Source: Anthoceros angustus
Taxonomy: Eukaryota; Plantae; Anthocerotophyta
DNA length: 64,000 bases
Assembly (NCBI GenBank): GCA_010909165.1
Contig: MU008159.1
Span: 2,356,001-2,420,000, forward strand
Reading direction: 5' to 3'
Shown here piece after piece: positions 59,200 through 64,000 of this stretch. The notes under the pieces are model-generated. The model searched no databases. It had not been told where the DNA came from and was given only the letters and a program-made list of their open reading frames with translations. The translations under genes were made by a program, and so were the position numbers. Position 1 is the first letter of the stretch. Each line of letters starts with the position of its first letter.

Positions 59200-61300
59200 A
59201 ACACTTACGTGGTGTTGAACTTCCAAAACGAACTTCCTATGAAGGGTCTAACAGATGATTATAAAACAATCCAAGACAAAGAGAGGGGTGTGGGGACATG
59301 AATTCATTGAATCTACACATTGTTAAATTTAGTGATCCTCCACTTTATGTTAGTGAGAGAAGAGCACTCCTTTCCCAAAAATACCCACATACTTCGTAAT
59401 TAGACCTATTTGCCAAATAATAAGAAAACAAAAAAATGTTAGCCCCAAAATATACAAAACAAACAAACAACGATCAAGATTCAATCGTGACTAATCAAGC
59501 AAGAAGAGGTTATCCTGATTCACAGCAGACTAATCGCGTTGCCAACCCTTCACACGATGAGCAAGCCTACACACAAATTTCGAATTAAATAACTTATAAG
59601 TGGTACCAAAGCAAACTCTTACCAGACAGAACAAACAATGACGAAAATGACAAAGACCATCGTCAATACATAAGAATCATACCATATCAAGGATAACACC
59701 ATAAACAAAATTTCAACCGTCTGCACAAAGCTTGTCCAAGAAAGCTTGTCCGCACCAAGAAAACCAATAAGAAAGAGAAAGCACGTTTTGCGACACAAAC
59801 AAACAAACAAACAAACGATGAATTATAATCAGTTGAAAAGAGCTGAAAAAGTAAACCACAGACAAATGTAACTCAAGTCACACATCTGTTACCAACACTC
59901 TCTTACATTAAAAATCTTGAATTACGCCTCGATAAGAATACAAAACAATTAAAAATCTTGCTCAACATAAAGAACAATGCAAGATAAAACAAGATAATCG
60001 ATAGCATTTTTCAACAACAACATATGCGTAAAGCCAGAGTAACAAATGACACAAAAGACGTTTCCTGACGTACCAAACAAGGTCCCAAACTGTGTCCGCC
60101 ACTATAACTAAAACCTTGACTGCATCAAAACAGCGGGAGAGAGTAAGATCACACGAGGAAGGCGAACGCTGTCCGAGAAAGAACAAAAAGGCAAGCTTTG
60201 CGACACAAACAAACAAACGACATAACCATGACAATGATAAATGTAAATCGCTGTCACTTGCAAAAGGCATTAACCAACCTCTACGTCCAACAACCTCTTG
60301 CGATTACTCCCTGCGTTTCAAAAGGAATAGAAGACAATAAGAACAAAATAGCCCAACATTATGAACAATGCAAGCTATTGAAGAGAAGATAACTGACAGC
60401 ATTTTCCAACAGCAACATATGCGTAAACAGAGCTTGACACAAAAGACATTTGATGACTTACCAAAGTGGTCCCGATCTATGACCGCCACTAAACGAAAAC
60501 TTGATCGCATCAAAACAATGGAGAGGGTTACAACACACGAGCAAAGCGAAGTCAGTCCGAGAAAAAGATTTGTATCTAAACACACATTTTAAACCAACAA
60601 AGAACAAAACTACGAAGACACACGAATCAAAACCTAAATAACAAAATCGATCAGGTAACGCGATAGAGACAAGAAGACGGGCAAGACAAAAGAAATGATA
60701 CCAAGCCATGGAACCACAACGACAACAAGCGACAGATAAAGGGGACACTTCCAACAAACAAACAAACAAGCAATACGAGATTTTGCAGAAGAGAAAGAAC
60801 ACAAGTATCACACATGCAACAGGACTGAACAAAAGTAAGCCTAGCTACAACCACGTGCTCAAGCTCCAAGTCGAAGACAGACTGGTCGCTTACATGAGAA
60901 GTAACACCATCGACGTGGTAATAAAACAAGATCGAAATCAGAACTACAAAGAGAAATGATAGAAACAAAGAGCACTAGGGACATACAAATCGGATAACAT
61001 CTTAGCGGGTCTTTCCTAAGAATATAAACAATCACGCACAGAAAGAACAACATCAACAATGACATAAATACACAAAACATCCTCGATATATATAGAAACT
61101 TGAATACACTACCACCATAGCGGTAGACAAACACCAAAGCGCCAAATACACAAAACAACAAGACAAAAGAAATGGACAAAGCGCCAAATACACTCCCCGT
61201 AGTAACAACAACAACAAAACCGCACAAAACAACAAGAGACAAAACAACAGACATCAAGGAAAAAACAACGTGAACGCAGATGGACAACTTCAAATAGCAA
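59200..61300. other. Strongly strand-biased A/C-rich low-complexity region
   Basis: Repeated acaaacaaac/aaacaa runs. The ORFs here are compositional (F/L/V/C-rich on the minus strand). Confidence 0.8.
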
Positions 61301-61730
61301 AAGGCCTTAACCTTTAAGCAACAGAAACCTTGGCCTTCAAACAACAACCTTGGCCTTCGGACTAAGCAAGCACTGGACCTTAGAGGCAAAGACACCTTGG
61401 CCTTCGAACATGGAACCCCTTGGCCTTCAAAAGAACCTTCAAAGCAGCAAAACCTTGGCCTTCAAACAACAGAGACCTTGGCCTTCAACGAGAGGTGAAA
61501 GGCCTTAACCATTGGAAAGGGCACGAAAGAAACCTTGGCCCAAAACTTAAAGACCTTAGCCTAGCGAACCTAGAACACCTTGGCCTTGAATGAGCTACAA
61601 AAGCACCTTAGCCTTCTGAGCTAACCGTAAAGACGCTGCTAAACTAGAACTAGGCACTCCTTCCCAAAGCAGGAGGAAGGAAGACCTTGGCCTTCAAACA
61701 AACAAAGAACAAAACACCTAAGCCTTCGCG
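61300..61730. repeat. Array of about 10-11 ccttggccttc motifs with variable spacers
   Basis: Exact or near-exact copies at about 61328, 61348, 61395, 61418, 61453, 61476, 61535, 61578, 61607, 61685 and 61717. Confidence 0.9.
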
Positions 61731-64000
61731 CCAGACTAGACCACCTCGGACTTGAAAAGGCAGAATGACAAAAGAACTCGCTGAGAAGCCATTTATATAG
61801 GCCAGCAAACCTAACATTCTCACCGGCGCCGCCCGTTCTCTCTCTACCAAAGCCGGTTTGAATTTACCGAACCTAACATTCCGAGCCCAATTCCAAACCA
61901 ACGTAGGTTTGCCATTGCTACCGCTACTGCTCAACCAAACCTAGATTCTTTTCCAAACCTAGCCTAACCACAAAACCTAATCTCCGAACCCCGATGCAGA
62001 ACTCGGCTACCGCCAACCACATCGCCACGCACACCATCGAACCATCTAGAACCCTAACTTTCAAGATTTAAACAAAGATGCACATAGGGTTATCACACTC
62101 CAACACGCGCCAGCCGCCGGGGGCGGTCGGCGGTCCCACGATCACTGGCCGAGTGACCTCTTGCTCGCTTTGGCTGGTGTCCTCGGAGAAGGTCGCAATC
62201 GGCTCCACTTTCCTTCATCTTGGTACGCCCACTACGATGCACTTCTTTCTTCACGCCGCTTAGTTCTCGATGTAGGTGGGTACACCTGCCTCCTCTCGCC
62301 GCAAAACCATCGATCCGTCCTTGCAGCCCACACCGTGGTCCAACGCTCTCCTCGCCACCGCCATAAGACAACAAGAAGTCTCGATGGCGTCCTCGTGACG
62401 ACGTCAAGCACACACGCCGTGTCGGTTCTCTTTGTTTTGAGCCCCTGCCAACGCCCACCGCCTCGGGCTTTGCTTCGCCTTTTGCTCGGATAGCCTATAA
62501 TCGCTCGTGAGTTTGCTATGAGAACCGCCTTGCTTATCAAGTGATTTATTGTGCGAAGTCTCGAGATAGTTGCACAAAACCCCTTCAGTCCAACTGCGAA
62601 GTTCGTGCTTTGCTGTGTCGACAAACCGACCTTATTCCATTTGGTTGTTCCTTTCAAAGTCCACCATCTTCAAGAATAAGCAGGTCCTCGATAGTGTTTG
62701 ATCCGGACGCTTTTGCATCGTTTAATCTTTTGTTGCCTTGCACCTAGATCACGACACAAAACACGCGGGCTATAGAGTGGTGTCTGCAGGTCCACCACAA
62801 AACCACAACCGTAAGTCACCCCTTCACCTTTGAAGCTTGTATCACGCATGCGAGTTATGCATGCCTCCTTGTGTCGGGCTTGTTTGCGAACATGCACTTA
62901 CCTTGTTGAGTTGAGACTGCGCACGATGGCTCACCGCCGTTCGCCAACATCTTGCTCGACAAGCGCTTATCTCGACCTTTCTGCGTCTTCGCAATCTTTG
63001 CCATCGCCGCCAACGTTCTCTGCTTTAATCTCGATTCAATCGCTAATCCGTCAATCTCGATGCATGAATAGGCATGCCAAACATGCGGTTTGAGCATCAT
63101 CGCGTTGTCGATCACGCCCAACTCACCGTTCCGCATGCATAAACCTTTCTTATCGGCGTCTACCCTTCTATTGTTGGTCACATCGCGTATCCGCGCTCTA
63201 AATAACATCTCACATTACCGAGTTAAAGCCGAAAGCGAGGCCTGCATGCATGGACTGCGCCTCTTGATATTCTCACCCACGGTCAAGTCCTTAAACATGT
63301 TTTACTTAACCGTTTTCTTATTGGTGGAGTATATCAATATCTTAAGGTGCACAAAACCGGTGGCGTAAGTCATATCGCTTTGTGTTGCCGTAGTATATTT
63401 TCATGCGGTGGTATGCATAGCATGCCGCAGCATGCAGCAACTGCAGCATGTAGCACTCCGTGATTTTCAAAAGTTCAAGTTTGAGCATTCTTTTGTGGCC
63501 GACCGATGCTTTTATTTGTAATGGCATCCGAGAATGAGAGCAACGATGAAATGGTCGACATCCAAGAAGGTAATGATCATTTCGCCACACCCAAATCCAT
63601 TTTAGGTTGATGAATCCATGGCTAAAATGATTTTCCGAGCGACACAATAGTAGACCCAACAAACCTTAACTGGCGATCAACAACAATGTTCCCACCCATG
63701 GGGATCCAGGATATGATGACAGTCAAGTTCAAATCCTCTCATTGAGATACGAAGATAGTTGAGAAAGGTAGTACATTACAATTATCTGAATTGAATCTCG
63801 TCAACATTTCTAACTCGATACTTGTTACAGTACTTACGGAGCACACTATGTTCACATCAATGGACAAAAGGACTTGCGCTCCTTTGCAGTGCACCCAAGG
63901 AAAAAATTAAAAAGGTAAAGACTTGGTTCGCAACTTTCTAGAACTATAGAACAAAATATAGGTCTCTCGCAACTTACTATGGTTGTATATGGTATATGAT

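Noticed and set aside
59619-61395. Several F/L/V/C-rich 'membrane-like' ORFs
   Set aside because: They are by-products of the TG-rich minus strand lacking stop codons.
61300-61730. CRISPR-like repeat-spacer appearance
   Set aside because: The repeat is only 11 bp, spacers are irregular and low-complexity, there are no cas genes, and the context is eukaryotic.
62500-64000. Possible Ulp1-protease or Helitron-related coding relic on the minus strand
   Set aside because: The frames are stop-ridden and no complete diagnostic motif is visible, so it is left unannotated.

Overview
This is repeat-dense eukaryotic DNA from a land plant, judged from PLS-type PPR, CCD1-like and At4g10955-like lipase relics. 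A non-seed plant is my inference. Almost every reading frame is broken by 1-3 bp indels, and there are 7 local 1-3 kb tandem duplications with microhomology junctions, so an unpolished long-read assembly must be considered. The core is one lipase-class-3 (At4g10955-like) gene split by two insertions about 135 bp apart. The first is a 5.55 kb Sola-like DNA transposon (15872-21424, about 30 bp TIRs, CTTG TSD). The second is a Ty1/copia element (21561-47578, about 205 bp LTRs, TGCCG TSD), swollen to 26 kb by a nested CACTA, a Ty3/gypsy remnant and a second Sola-like element. An uninterrupted paralogue at about 53.2-55.0 kb supplies the empty site. The main finding is that both Sola-like elements carry a second, intron-containing gene. 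It encodes a Cys-rich region, a ParB/Srx-like domain and a prokaryote-type beta-class N4-cytosine/N6-adenine DNA methyltransferase fold. The transposase also ends in a Tudor/PWWP-like barrel, and 16-bp GC palindromes recur in the element. The second notable find is a spliced Crypton-like (DUF3504-type) tyrosine recombinase gene at 57.2-58.6 kb. Other contents are PPR pseudogene copies, orphan CCD1-like exons, a pogo/Tigger-like transposon and several repeat arrays. All protein assignments come from motif recognition by eye; no database search was run.
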